In this document: positions 28,911-37,796 of the stretch, in pieces
How the letters are laid out: each line of letters starts with the position of its first letter
How positions within the stretch are numbered: position 1 is the stretch's first letter
NCBI GenBank assembly: GCA_942492175.1
Contig: CALODR010000009.1
Location: forward strand, 249,711 to 313,710
Direction: 5' to 3'
Length of the DNA: 64,000 nucleotides
Source: an uncultured bacterium
GTDB taxonomy: Bacteria > Acidobacteriota > Aminicenantia > UBA2199
The notes under the pieces: model-generated
Told to the model about the DNA's origin: nothing
What the model saw: the letters and a program-made list of their open reading frames with translations, nothing else
The model's database searches: none
Made by a program: the position numbers and the translations under genes

Positions 28911-29305
28911 TTTCTTCCTCCCAACTCTTCTTTTTTCATCTTTTTCATTCTTTTCATGTCCTCTTTGTCTTCAGCATTTAATTTCATGTCGGGATTCATT
29001 CGCCTTTTCAGTCTGCTGAGGTTTCTTTTTATATATTCATTTCCGGGAGAAAGTTTCAATGCTTTTTCATATTCCTTTTTTGCCTCTTCCAGTTTATTCT
29101 GAAACTCCAGCGAGATAGCAATATTGTTATGGATTGATGCAGTGTTTTTTCCGGTACGCAAAGCTCTTGTCCACCTGTAATGAGCTTCTTTCCATAAACC
29201 CATTTTTGCCAGTTTATTTCCAAATTTATACTCGGTTTCCACTCTGGTGGCAGAACATCCTGCAAACAGGAATGCCGTAAGCAGCAATAGTGTGATCTGT
29301 TTCAA
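28907..29305 (-). CDS. TPR lipoprotein
   Basis: Lipobox FAGC; IHNNIAISLE...EAKKEYEKALKLSP TPR pattern. Confidence 0.8.
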   Translation of the reverse strand: MKQITLLLLTAFLFAGCSATRVETEYKFGNKLAKMGLWKEAHYRWTRALRTGKNTASIHNNIAISLEFQNKLEEAKKEYEKALKLSPGNEYIKRNLSRLKRRMNPDMKLNAEDKEDMKRMKKMKKEELGGRK

Positions 29306-29581
29306 TGGATCCTCCTATAATAAAATGTCTTTGTTTTATTTTTTATATTTTCAGGTATCTTTATATCCACGAAAATTATATAGCAATATTGTTTCCTGTT
29401 TTCATAAGCCGGTTCTGTACCATTATTGTGACAGGATAAATATTTCAGTGACTCTTATCATACACATATTCAAAAACCGGGCCTGATTAAAGGTGCTTCT
29501 GCCATTCCGGCAGTTCACTCCCCGTTGCTTCTAATGTCCATTTGTTTTTCTGATATGGTAAAATCGTGGCAGGGAAAAATA

Positions 29582-29953
29582 ATGATAAAGGGTACAGGGG
29601 CGGATATAATTGCAATAGACAGGATAAAGAAGGCAATAAATAAAGATTCGAAATTCACCGACAAGATATTTTCTGAAGAAGAGATAGAATATTGTAATTC
29701 CAAATTCCGGAAGGAGATCCACTTTGCAGGGAGGTTTGCAGCTAAGGAAGCATTTTTCAAAGCTCTCGGTACAGGATGGCGGGACGGTATGAAGTGGACT
29801 GAAATTAATATTGTAAATGATAAACTGGGTAAGCCGGAGATCCGGATAACAGGGAAAACGCTGGAGTTATTCGGAGAGCTGGGAATGGAGAACATTAACC
29901 TCTCAATCTCACATACTAAAGAGTTTGCCGTCGCTTTTGTTATAATTGAATAA
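29582..29953 (+). CDS. acpS: Holo-ACP synthase
   Basis: GTGADI, AGRFAAKEAFFKALGTG, GKP, SISHT; start moved to ATG 29582. Confidence 0.95.
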   Translation: MIKGTGADIIAIDRIKKAINKDSKFTDKIFSEEEIEYCNSKFRKEIHFAGRFAAKEAFFKALGTGWRDGMKWTEINIVNDKLGKPEIRITGKTLELFGELGMENINLSISHTKEFAVAFVIIE

Positions 29954-30054
29954 GAACGTTTGCTCTACCTGTTGATTGATTTTTAATTTTTTCTATATTA
30001 GAATTTGTTAAGCAGGGTGCGGTGAAATTCCGTATCTTGAATTTGGAGAAAATT

Positions 30055-30408
30055 ATGAGGAATTTCCTTATTAAGTCAAAAACAATCGATAATGTCGGAG
30101 TTCTTTATCCGACCGGGCATCTCGATGCGCACAGCGTTGAGAAATTCGAGAATGAGATGATAAAGATGCTGGATGACAGCATCGTTAAAATTGTGGTTAA
30201 TTGTAACGATCTTAATTATATAAGTTCTGCCGGAATGGGTATCATAATGGGCTATCTTGATGAGATAAGGGAAAAGGGCGGAGATATTAAATTATCTAAT
30301 GTGATAGACCGGGTGTACGAGATCTTCGATCTTGTGGGATTTACAGAGATATATGATTTTGAGAAAAGCGAAACTGAGGCAATAGAAAAATTTAATAATG
30401 TTTCCTGA
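30055..30408 (+). CDS. STAS anti-sigma-factor antagonist (RsbV/SpoIIAA-like)
   Basis: GHLDA, DLNYISSAG with phosphorylatable Ser, GGDIKL; ATG 30055 after GGAG. Confidence 0.9.
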   Translation: MRNFLIKSKTIDNVGVLYPTGHLDAHSVEKFENEMIKMLDDSIVKIVVNCNDLNYISSAGMGIIMGYLDEIREKGGDIKLSNVIDRVYEIFDLVGFTEIYDFEKSETEAIEKFNNVS

Positions 30409-30826
30409 AACCCCTGAGCTTACAGTCTCAATACCGGCTAAGACCGAACTGCTTAAAATGCTGGTTGAACTGACCAATTATATTGCAGTCAGAAATTTCT
30501 TCTCTCCTCCGGAATCCAGGAAGATTGCCCTTGCTGTTGATGAGGCAATAACAAATGTTATCAAACATTCTTATAAAGAATCTGAGGACTCTGAAATAAA
30601 GCTCGATTTTTATTGCAGTAATGAAGGTATGAAGATTAAAATAGAATTTACAGGGATACCTCCCCAACTCAGTGAATCTATGGTAAATCTTGAGAAGATG
30701 ATCAAAGCGAAAAAGAAAGGAGGGCTGGGAGTCGCCCTGATAAAGAGGATCATGGATTCGGTCGAATACAGAACCATTGAGGATGTGAACTACCTGGAAA
30801 TGATCAAATGGAAGAGAAGCAGCTAA
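30398..30826 (+). CDS. RsbW/SpoIIAB-like anti-sigma factor Ser/Thr kinase
   Basis: LAVDEAITNVIKHSY, GGLGVALIKRIMD. Confidence 0.9.
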   Translation: MFPETPELTVSIPAKTELLKMLVELTNYIAVRNFFSPPESRKIALAVDEAITNVIKHSYKESEDSEIKLDFYCSNEGMKIKIEFTGIPPQLSESMVNLEKMIKAKKKGGLGVALIKRIMDSVEYRTIEDVNYLEMIKWKRSS

Positions 30827-32058
30827 AAGATCTTGTCAAAGAATTAAAAGTAAAAAATTTTCAGTTCAACTCAATATATGAATTTTCCTCCTCAATTTAC
30901 TCGTCATTTAATCTTGAAAGCATTTTCCGTATCTTTTTTTCAACCATAATGGGTCATATGGGTATAACAAGGGCATTCTTTTTTGACGAAAAAAACAAAC
31001 TGCTTGAGAAGAGGGGATTCAGGTTCGGCAAGAACGAGAGACAGGCGCTTATGGAAGGGATAAAAGCTGCCGGGGATGAATGGGAGCATATTGAAGTCAG
31101 ATCAATTGAGAAAAAAAATCCAGAATTGTTTGAACTTCTTGCCGAGAAAAATATATCTAATCTGATTAATCTGACTGAAAAAGGGACAAAGGTGATCGTT
31201 CTGGGGCTCGGTCAAAAGTTTAACAGGCTTGACCTGAAACAGGAAGATCTTGACTTTTCTCTCTTTCTTTCAAGATTCACACTTATTGCCATCGAGAACA
31301 GCTTCATGATATCCAAAATGATAGAGAAGCAGAAGATGGAGCATGAGATCAACATTGCAAAGGAGATACAACTATCACTTCTGCCCCAGGAGCTTCCGGA
31401 GTTTAAGAATTTCGACATTGCAGTAAAGTATGAACCGATACAGGGTGTTGGTGGAGATTATTATGATATCTTGAAGGAGAAAGACGGAAAAACACCTGTC
31501 CTTATTGCAGATGTAGAGGGGAAAGGTTTGTCGGCAGCGCTGCTTGCAGCTTCATCACAGGCTGTTTTTCATGCTGTGAACGACCTCTATTTTTCCGGAC
31601 CCGAGGATTTTGTATCGAAGGCAAATTCTCTTATATACAATTTTACAAGAGGTAACAGATTTATCACAATATTCTGGATGATAGTCGATGATAAAAAAAG
31701 ATCTGTCTCATATGTCAATGCCGGGCATATTGAACCTATTCTTATTTCAGGGAAAAAGGCCACTCCCCTCTCCAGGGGCGGGTTCCTGACCGGATTTACA
31801 AATGATGCAAAGTACGAAAAAGGGGAATTGTCTCTCAAGTCAGGTGATGTTATAGCTGCATTCACAGACGGTGTGCCTGAGATAGAGAATGATAAAGGAG
31901 AGGAGTTCGGTGTTAAAAGGATGATCGACTTTGTCATGAAAAAAAAGGATAAAACGGCAGCGGAAATTAATGAAGGAATATATAAACAGATGTTCAAGTT
32001 CAGCGGTAACAGAAAACCTTCGGATGACTGTACTCTTATTATTTTAAAAGTAAAGTAG
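30808..32058 (+). CDS. RsbU/SpoIIE-type PP2C phosphatase with N-terminal GAF-like region
   Basis: GGDYYD, IADVEGKG, NAGH, FTDG, DDCTL. Confidence 0.92.
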   Translation: MEEKQLKDLVKELKVKNFQFNSIYEFSSSIYSSFNLESIFRIFFSTIMGHMGITRAFFFDEKNKLLEKRGFRFGKNERQALMEGIKAAGDEWEHIEVRSIEKKNPELFELLAEKNISNLINLTEKGTKVIVLGLGQKFNRLDLKQEDLDFSLFLSRFTLIAIENSFMISKMIEKQKMEHEINIAKEIQLSLLPQELPEFKNFDIAVKYEPIQGVGGDYYDILKEKDGKTPVLIADVEGKGLSAALLAASSQAVFHAVNDLYFSGPEDFVSKANSLIYNFTRGNRFITIFWMIVDDKKRSVSYVNAGHIEPILISGKKATPLSRGGFLTGFTNDAKYEKGELSLKSGDVIAAFTDGVPEIENDKGEEFGVKRMIDFVMKKKDKTAAEINEGIYKQMFKFSGNRKPSDDCTLIILKVK

Positions 32059-32065
32059 GCAGACC

Positions 32066-33616
32066 CTAATATTCGAACTCTCTCTGTTCTTCTTCTGCAG
32101 AATTCACTATCCCGGGTGCGTCTGATCTGGGACATACATTTTCACATATACCGCATCCTATACATAGATCAGGTACAACATATATCTGCTTAACTTTTAC
32201 AAGTTTTCCTTCAAAGTTCCAGACATCGACTTCCCTGAACCTTATAGCCTTATCGGGGACTGGGCAATGTTCTTCACAGACAGCACAATTGTAACCGTCA
32301 GCATAAGTGTAGCATCTGTCTTTTACTACAACTGCAGTACCGATCTTAAAGTTCTTCTTTTCTTTAAGAGAAAGTGCTTCTATCGCTTTTGTGGGGCAGA
32401 CCTGGGTACACCGGTGACATTCATATTCACAATAGCCTATTGCCGGCTCCAGTATCGGTGTCCAAAGCCCGTCAATTCCTGTTTCAAAAAAAGCGGGCTG
32501 AATAAAATTCGTGGGGCATGCCTGCATACATTCTCCGCATCTTATACACTTGTCAAGAAAATCTACTTCTGAAACCGATCCTGGAGGCCTTTCAAATTTG
32601 TGTATTCTGGATTTTGAAGTTCCTGAAAATCTTGGGAGTGATGCAGCAAAGATCCCTGAAACAATCGATCCTGTAATTTTTCTGCGTCCCAGATCAATAT
32701 GATTCCTTCTCTCTTTAATTGGCAGCTGAAATTTTGTGCTGATAGATTTCGGAGGGCAGGAATCTTCACAATTGTAGCAGACCATACACTCTGATTTCTT
32801 GTAGTCCTGATAGGGGCTCCCGTTGTATGTGCAGTCCGTAGCGCATATGTTGCATTTTTTACAGGTATCCTTATTCACATTCAGGTTGAGGATGCTGAAT
32901 TTTGCAAACAGGCCGTATAGTGCTCCGAGTGGGCAAAGGTAATTACAAAAAAATCTCCTCTTATAAAAGTTCGCTCCTATCAGCAGGAAGAAGATGAATC
33001 CAATGAATACGGATTGGAGAAATTTCCTCGGCTTGTTCGGGAGAATGTTCTTCTTGGAAAAATCGTATGCGGGTTTAATAGCTTTTGATATAATTCCCGA
33101 ATCTTCTGCACCCCCTTTCAGAGTCTCTTCAATAACATAATTTGCAGAGGGACTGACAACAACTGATGTACTTCTTGTAAGGATGGAGAACGGATCAAAC
33201 CATCCCCCGATATTTGTCCCGAACAAAGTCATGACCAGTACAATCGTCAATATCACATATTTCAATTTGAGAAGTTTATGATCTACCTGCTCCACTCTCT
33301 TTCTTTTCCTTCTGAACAGCCAAGAAAAGAAGTGATGAATAGTACCCATAGGGCATATCCACCCACAGAAGAACCTGCCGAATATCAGTGTAAGCCCGAG
33401 TGGTATCAATGACAACAGGAAAAGGTTGATTATTGTATGGGTGGAGAACAGGTTTATGATCAGAAGCAGTGGGTCAAAATAGAAGAAGTAATCAGAATAC
33501 CTGAATGTTTCGGTGGCTGGGGCACCTGTTCTTATCAGGAGCCAGAAAAAAATTGTCAGGAAAAATATTTGGAAAAAAAGCCTTATTAGTTTTTTCTTGG
33601 GAAATTTTATAGACAT
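32066..33616 (-). CDS. Membrane polyferredoxin (NapH/MauN-like membrane part fused to NapG/MauM-like ferredoxin)
   Basis: GRFFCGWICPMG, RFFCNYLCPLG, CKKCNICATDC, CMVCYNCEDSCP, RPPG, CIRCGECMQACP, CIGCGICENVCP. Confidence 0.85.
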   Translation of the reverse strand: MSIKFPKKKLIRLFFQIFFLTIFFWLLIRTGAPATETFRYSDYFFYFDPLLLIINLFSTHTIINLFLLSLIPLGLTLIFGRFFCGWICPMGTIHHFFSWLFRRKRKRVEQVDHKLLKLKYVILTIVLVMTLFGTNIGGWFDPFSILTRSTSVVVSPSANYVIEETLKGGAEDSGIISKAIKPAYDFSKKNILPNKPRKFLQSVFIGFIFFLLIGANFYKRRFFCNYLCPLGALYGLFAKFSILNLNVNKDTCKKCNICATDCTYNGSPYQDYKKSECMVCYNCEDSCPPKSISTKFQLPIKERRNHIDLGRRKITGSIVSGIFAASLPRFSGTSKSRIHKFERPPGSVSEVDFLDKCIRCGECMQACPTNFIQPAFFETGIDGLWTPILEPAIGYCEYECHRCTQVCPTKAIEALSLKEKKNFKIGTAVVVKDRCYTYADGYNCAVCEEHCPVPDKAIRFREVDVWNFEGKLVKVKQIYVVPDLCIGCGICENVCPRSDAPGIVNSAEEEQREFEY

Positions 33617-33622
33617 TTGCGA

Positions 33623-34510
33623 TCAGATCTTTATTGTTTTTAAATTGATCTTACTAATATCTTTCTGGCCCATTCCTCTTCTGAACCCGGCTCCGATGAA
33701 ATCTATTTCATCCACACTTTTTCCGAAGAGATCGACTGCCACAACATCAGCTTCAAATATATTTTTTGAACATATTATGGTCTTCTTAAGTTCAACATCA
33801 CTCAATCTTCCGCCGACAGGACCGTTCTTTTTCAAAATTCTATACGCATCTACAACGGTAAGGTCGGTCTTAAAACCGTTAGCAAGATCTGCAATATTCT
33901 CACCCATACTTCTGTGAAGTTTCCCCCTTCTCCCTCCAATGATTCCATACAGATTTTTCATCCCTATTGTAAGTCCCGCGCTTGAATGATGTTTTAAAAT
34001 TGGCACATTTATGAATTTATCAACCTCGAGGTGGTCCTTGAAAACCGGCCACTTTTTCAATGTTTCTCCATTAAAATTGTGAATTACAAGTTTGTTCTCA
34101 TCAGAGAATCTTATTTCTGCACCGCTCTTCTCAACGGCTTCCTTAATTCCGCTTCGCCTGTATGTGTCTTCTGATTTATGGCAGGAGTTATCCATTACTA
34201 TAACTTTTTTTGCACCAGCATCGAATGCCATTTCTATTAATGCTCTTAATACTTCCGGGTTAGTGTTAGCTGCATGCTCCACCTTCCGGTTCCAGCCTAT
34301 ATTCGGTTTTATCATAACTATATCTTGTTTGCTGATAAACTTTTTCATCCCTCCTATGAGTTCAATTCCTTTTTTGGTAATATCATAAGGGGATTCACCT
34401 GTAACTTTTGCAACAAGATCTACTCCTCCCTCAGAGAAAGCGGGAATTCTGGAGATAAATGCTGTGGTGGCAGCTATTGTTGAAGTTTTGATAAATTTTC
34501 TTCTTTTCAT
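33623..34510 (-). CDS. DUF362 domain protein with twin-arginine signal
   Basis: MKRRKFIK Tat motif; IKPNIGW, NTNPEV, INVPILKHH, GMKNLYG. Confidence 0.88.
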   Translation of the reverse strand: MKRRKFIKTSTIAATTAFISRIPAFSEGGVDLVAKVTGESPYDITKKGIELIGGMKKFISKQDIVMIKPNIGWNRKVEHAANTNPEVLRALIEMAFDAGAKKVIVMDNSCHKSEDTYRRSGIKEAVEKSGAEIRFSDENKLVIHNFNGETLKKWPVFKDHLEVDKFINVPILKHHSSAGLTIGMKNLYGIIGGRRGKLHRSMGENIADLANGFKTDLTVVDAYRILKKNGPVGGRLSDVELKKTIICSKNIFEADVVAVDLFGKSVDEIDFIGAGFRRGMGQKDISKINLKTIKI

Positions 34511-34591
34511 TTTCGCTCCTTTTAATCATTATCCATAATAATGGACATATTTTCAACATGAAAATTTTGTTAATGAGGATAATCATTTTTC

Positions 34592-34620
34592 TTGACATAA
34601 ACATTAAAATATTGTATCTT
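34592..34620 (+). promoter_or_regulatory. Sigma70-type promoter of the tRNA/tmRNA cluster
   Basis: TTGACA (34592-34597), 17 nt spacer, TATCTT (34615-34620), 11 nt before tRNA-Val. Confidence 0.7.
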
Positions 34621-34631
34621 TTATGGCGATC

Positions 34632-34704
34632 GGGCGATTAGCTCAGCTGGAAGAGCATCGGTTTTACACGCCGAGGGTCAGAGGTTCAAGTCCTCTATCG
34701 CCCA
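34632..34704 (+). tRNA. tRNA-Val (TAC)
   Basis: Acceptor GGGCGAT/ATCGCCC, anticodon arm TCGGT-TTTACAC-GCCGA, T-loop GGTTCAAGTCC; CCA not encoded. Confidence 0.95.
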
Positions 34705-34716
34705 ATCTTAATGAGC

Positions 34717-34793
34717 GGGGTCGTAGTTCAGTTGGTTAGAACGCTGGCCTGTCACGCCAGAGGCCGCGAGTTCGAGTCTCGTCGGCCCCGCCA
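34717..34793 (+). tRNA. tRNA-Asp (GTC)
   Basis: Acceptor GGGGTCG/CGGCCCC, anticodon arm CTGGC-CTGTCAC-GCCAG, TTCGAGT loop, encoded CCA. Confidence 0.96.
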
Positions 34794-34804
34794 TTTCCCA
34801 TTTC

Positions 34805-35145
34805 GGGGGCGAAATGGGTTCGACAGTATTGATTATGTCAAAGCAGCAGATTGAGCTGAGTAACTCATTAAACTGTTCAAAAAAAGAAACGCAAACGATT
34901 TTGCACTCGCAGCATAATTAATGTTGCCGTTCCGGTTGCCTTTTCCTGCTGGGTTCCCGGGGCGTCACTTCGCAGGATAAGCCGGACATAGTTGTCTTTG
35001 ACTCTGACCCGGACGAAAATTTGATAAAGACTCCCTCAGGGCTTTTTGTTTGTTTTTTATCTGGGGGGCATAAAAAAACAAACTAAATCTGAAGAAACTT
35101 TGACTGAGTCCTTATTGGACGCGGGTTCAACTCCCGCCGCCTCCA
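34805..35145 (+). ncRNA. ssrA: tmRNA, tag peptide ANDFALAA
   Basis: 5' GGGGGCG pairs with 3' CGCCTCC(A) with G3-U70; GGGTTCAACTCCC T-arm; tag ORF GCA AAC GAT TTT GCA CTC GCA GCA TAA at 34891-34917. Confidence 0.95.
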
Positions 35146-35159
35146 GTTGACTGGAATAG

Positions 35160-36317
35160 ATGAAGAAGTTTTATTGTTTTTTAATATATATATTGATTGC
35201 CGGTTCTCAGGTTTTCCCTTTAGCTATTAAAATCAGAACATTTGACCACAATGAATTTACCAGGATCGTGTTTGAAAGCGACAATAGTTTTTCCTATGAA
35301 AGCAAGAGGGAGTCGGATAAAGACATTACGATTATTCTCAAAGATCAGACTGAAAGTCTGATGGTGAGATCAGATCTTTCCGGATCAGAATTACTTAACA
35401 AAGTGGAGAATATCACTGATGGAGATAACCGAGGAATAAGGGTGAGAGGCAATGAAAGGTTTGATATCCTTAAATCATTTATTCTTAAAGATCCGTTCAG
35501 GATTGTTTTTGATGTGAACAAAAAAACAATTATCCCTGATCCTTCTGCCGCTGTTTCACCGGAAGGGCAGGGATCGGAAGAATTCAGGAATGATGTTTCA
35601 TCTGCTGAAAACAAAAAAAAGAAAAGATCAACGATAGAAGTTGTTTGTATTGATCCCGGGCATGGTGGAAGTGATCTTGGAGCAGTCGGGAAAAAGGATA
35701 CAAAAGAAAAAGATATTACTCTTAAAGTCAGTAATAAACTGAAGAGAATCCTTGAGCGGGAACTGGGAGTCAGGGTTGTAATGACCCGGGATTCAGATGT
35801 GGAGGTTGCTCTGGATTCGAGAGTTGCCAAAGCGAATAACCAGAACGCTCAAATGTTCCTCTCGATCCATGTTAATTCATCCTACAGAAAGTCAGCAAGA
35901 GGGCCTGAGACCTATTTTGTAAGCCTAAAGGCAACAGATAAAGTATCAATGCAGCTTGCAATGAAAGAGAACAGTTCTTTTACCGAAATGGGAGATGATG
36001 CGGAGGATGATGATCTGAAGATGATCTTGTGGAGTATGGCACAGACTGAACATATAAAAGAATCAAGCAGGCTGGCGGATTATATACAGAATGAATTGAA
36101 TCTGCTTCTGAATACAAAGAACAGGGGAGTAAAGCAGGCTCCTTTCAGGGTACTTATGAGGGCGTCAATGCCTGCAGTTCTTATAGAGATCGCATTTGTA
36201 TCCAACAAGTATGAGGAGAATATGTTAAGCAATGATTCTTTCCTTGATAAGGTTGCTGAGTCTATCTACAGTGGAGTTTCAAAGTATATTTATTATTACA
36301 ATTCGGTATTTAAATGA
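35160..36317 (+). CDS. N-acetylmuramoyl-L-alanine amidase with N-terminal AMIN-like domain
   Basis: IDPGHGG, EKDITL, SIHVNS, GPETY, PAVLIEIAF. Confidence 0.92.
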   Translation: MKKFYCFLIYILIAGSQVFPLAIKIRTFDHNEFTRIVFESDNSFSYESKRESDKDITIILKDQTESLMVRSDLSGSELLNKVENITDGDNRGIRVRGNERFDILKSFILKDPFRIVFDVNKKTIIPDPSAAVSPEGQGSEEFRNDVSSAENKKKKRSTIEVVCIDPGHGGSDLGAVGKKDTKEKDITLKVSNKLKRILERELGVRVVMTRDSDVEVALDSRVAKANNQNAQMFLSIHVNSSYRKSARGPETYFVSLKATDKVSMQLAMKENSSFTEMGDDAEDDDLKMILWSMAQTEHIKESSRLADYIQNELNLLLNTKNRGVKQAPFRVLMRASMPAVLIEIAFVSNKYEENMLSNDSFLDKVAESIYSGVSKYIYYYNSVFK

Positions 36318-36889
36318 ATAAAAAAGTAATATATATTCTGATCAGTCTCGCTGTGATATTTTTTGTCACTTCGCTTATTATATATCTCAGTTCAAGTGGT
36401 ACTTTCAAGCGTGTAGTAAAGGACAAGAAAGGTGAAATTGAAATTGTGGAAGAGGATTCTCCTGAACTTGAAAAAGTAAAAATTTTTTTTTTAACCAACA
36501 ACTCTTCGCTGTTTATTCCAAAAAATTTTGAGATTGAAAAGAATGAGAACAGGATCGAGTTTTTCAAAAGCTATCTGGATCTGATGATCAGAGAGTCTTC
36601 AAAATATATATCTCCATTTCCCGAGCAGACGAAACTTCAGAGTTTTTTCTATATTGATGATAAGCAGATGGCGGTTCTCGATTTTAATGAAGAATTAATT
36701 ATTAACTTCCCCGGAGGATCGAGTGGCGAAATAGAATTCATCTATTTCTTTGTTAACAATCTTTGCTATAATTTTAAAGAGATCAAAAAAGTGAAGATTC
36801 TTGTTGCTGGAAATGAATATAAAACCTTGTCCGGACACCTTGACCTGGAGAATCCGTATTTCCCTGATTATAAATATTTCAAACAATGA
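36314..36889 (+). CDS. GerMN domain protein
   Basis: Single N-terminal TM; AVLDFN...GGSSGEI...NNL...VKILVAG...TLSGHLDL; between amidase and murI. Confidence 0.75.
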   Translation: MNKKVIYILISLAVIFFVTSLIIYLSSSGTFKRVVKDKKGEIEIVEEDSPELEKVKIFFLTNNSSLFIPKNFEIEKNENRIEFFKSYLDLMIRESSKYISPFPEQTKLQSFFYIDDKQMAVLDFNEELIINFPGGSSGEIEFIYFFVNNLCYNFKEIKKVKILVAGNEYKTLSGHLDLENPYFPDYKYFKQ

Positions 36890-37683
36890 ACAGAAAAGCG
36901 ATAGGTGTGTTTGATTCCGGCATAGGAGGTTTGACGGTCTACAAAGCCATAAAGGAACTCATGCCTGGAGAAAAGGTGATTTACCTTGGAGATACGGCAC
37001 ACCTCCCTTATGGGACAAAATCTCCCGACACGATAATAAGGTTCTCGGAAGCAAATTCCCGTTTCCTGACAGGCAAGGGTGTAAAGATAATAGTAATAGC
37101 GTGCAACTCCTCATCTTCATATGCAGTCAGCCATTTACAGAATCTTCTGGAAATACCTGTCCTGGGAGTGATAGACCCGGGATCAGAAGCTGCGGTGACT
37201 CAGGGACATAAGAAGATCGGGGTCATAGGGACTTCAGCAACAATCTCTTCCGGAGCGTATGAAAGGTCAATTCTGGATAGAGAACCGGAGGCGGATATAA
37301 TTTCTAAAGCCTGCCCTCTTTTTGTATCCCTCGTTGAAGAGGGGTGGATAGATCACAAGGTTACGGAGATGGTAATTGAAGAGTATCTTGTCCCCCTTAA
37401 AGAAAAAGGGATTAAAACACTTGTTCTCGGATGTACACATTATCCGGTTCTGAAAGATGCGATTTCCAGAGTTCTAGGAAGCGGGATTACACTCATAGAC
37501 TCTGCAGAAGTCATGGCCGTAAGGGTACATTCGATCCTCACCAAACTCGGATGGCTCAAAGAAGCCGGATCTGAAAACGGTGGGGATGAGTTCTATGTCA
37601 CCGATTTTCCCGAAAGGTTCAGAATGGTTGGGGAAATATTCCTGAAAAGGAAGATAGATAAGGTCGAAATGATCTCCCTCTGA
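36886..37683 (+). CDS. murI: Glutamate racemase
   Basis: FDSGIGG, PYG, IACNSSS, VLGCTHY. Confidence 0.96.
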   Translation: MNRKAIGVFDSGIGGLTVYKAIKELMPGEKVIYLGDTAHLPYGTKSPDTIIRFSEANSRFLTGKGVKIIVIACNSSSSYAVSHLQNLLEIPVLGVIDPGSEAAVTQGHKKIGVIGTSATISSGAYERSILDREPEADIISKACPLFVSLVEEGWIDHKVTEMVIEEYLVPLKEKGIKTLVLGCTHYPVLKDAISRVLGSGITLIDSAEVMAVRVHSILTKLGWLKEAGSENGGDEFYVTDFPERFRMVGEIFLKRKIDKVEMISL

Positions 37684-37796
37684 GGGCATATTTGACCTGA
37701 AATTGAACTCCTGGCGGTTGAAATGGTGTCGGAAATATGATGTAATAAGCATACAATAAATTAATTGTTATATATCAAATTTTTCGGGAGATTCAT

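Noticed and set aside
29310-29580. 270-nt intergenic region that could hide an sRNA or small ORF
   Set aside because: Only very short ORFs without an RBS and no recognisable RNA structure; consistent with divergent promoters
34632-35160. tRNA/tmRNA cluster as an integration site for an island
   Set aside because: No integrase, no duplicated 3' end seen in the window, and the conserved amidase-GerMN-murI genes follow directly
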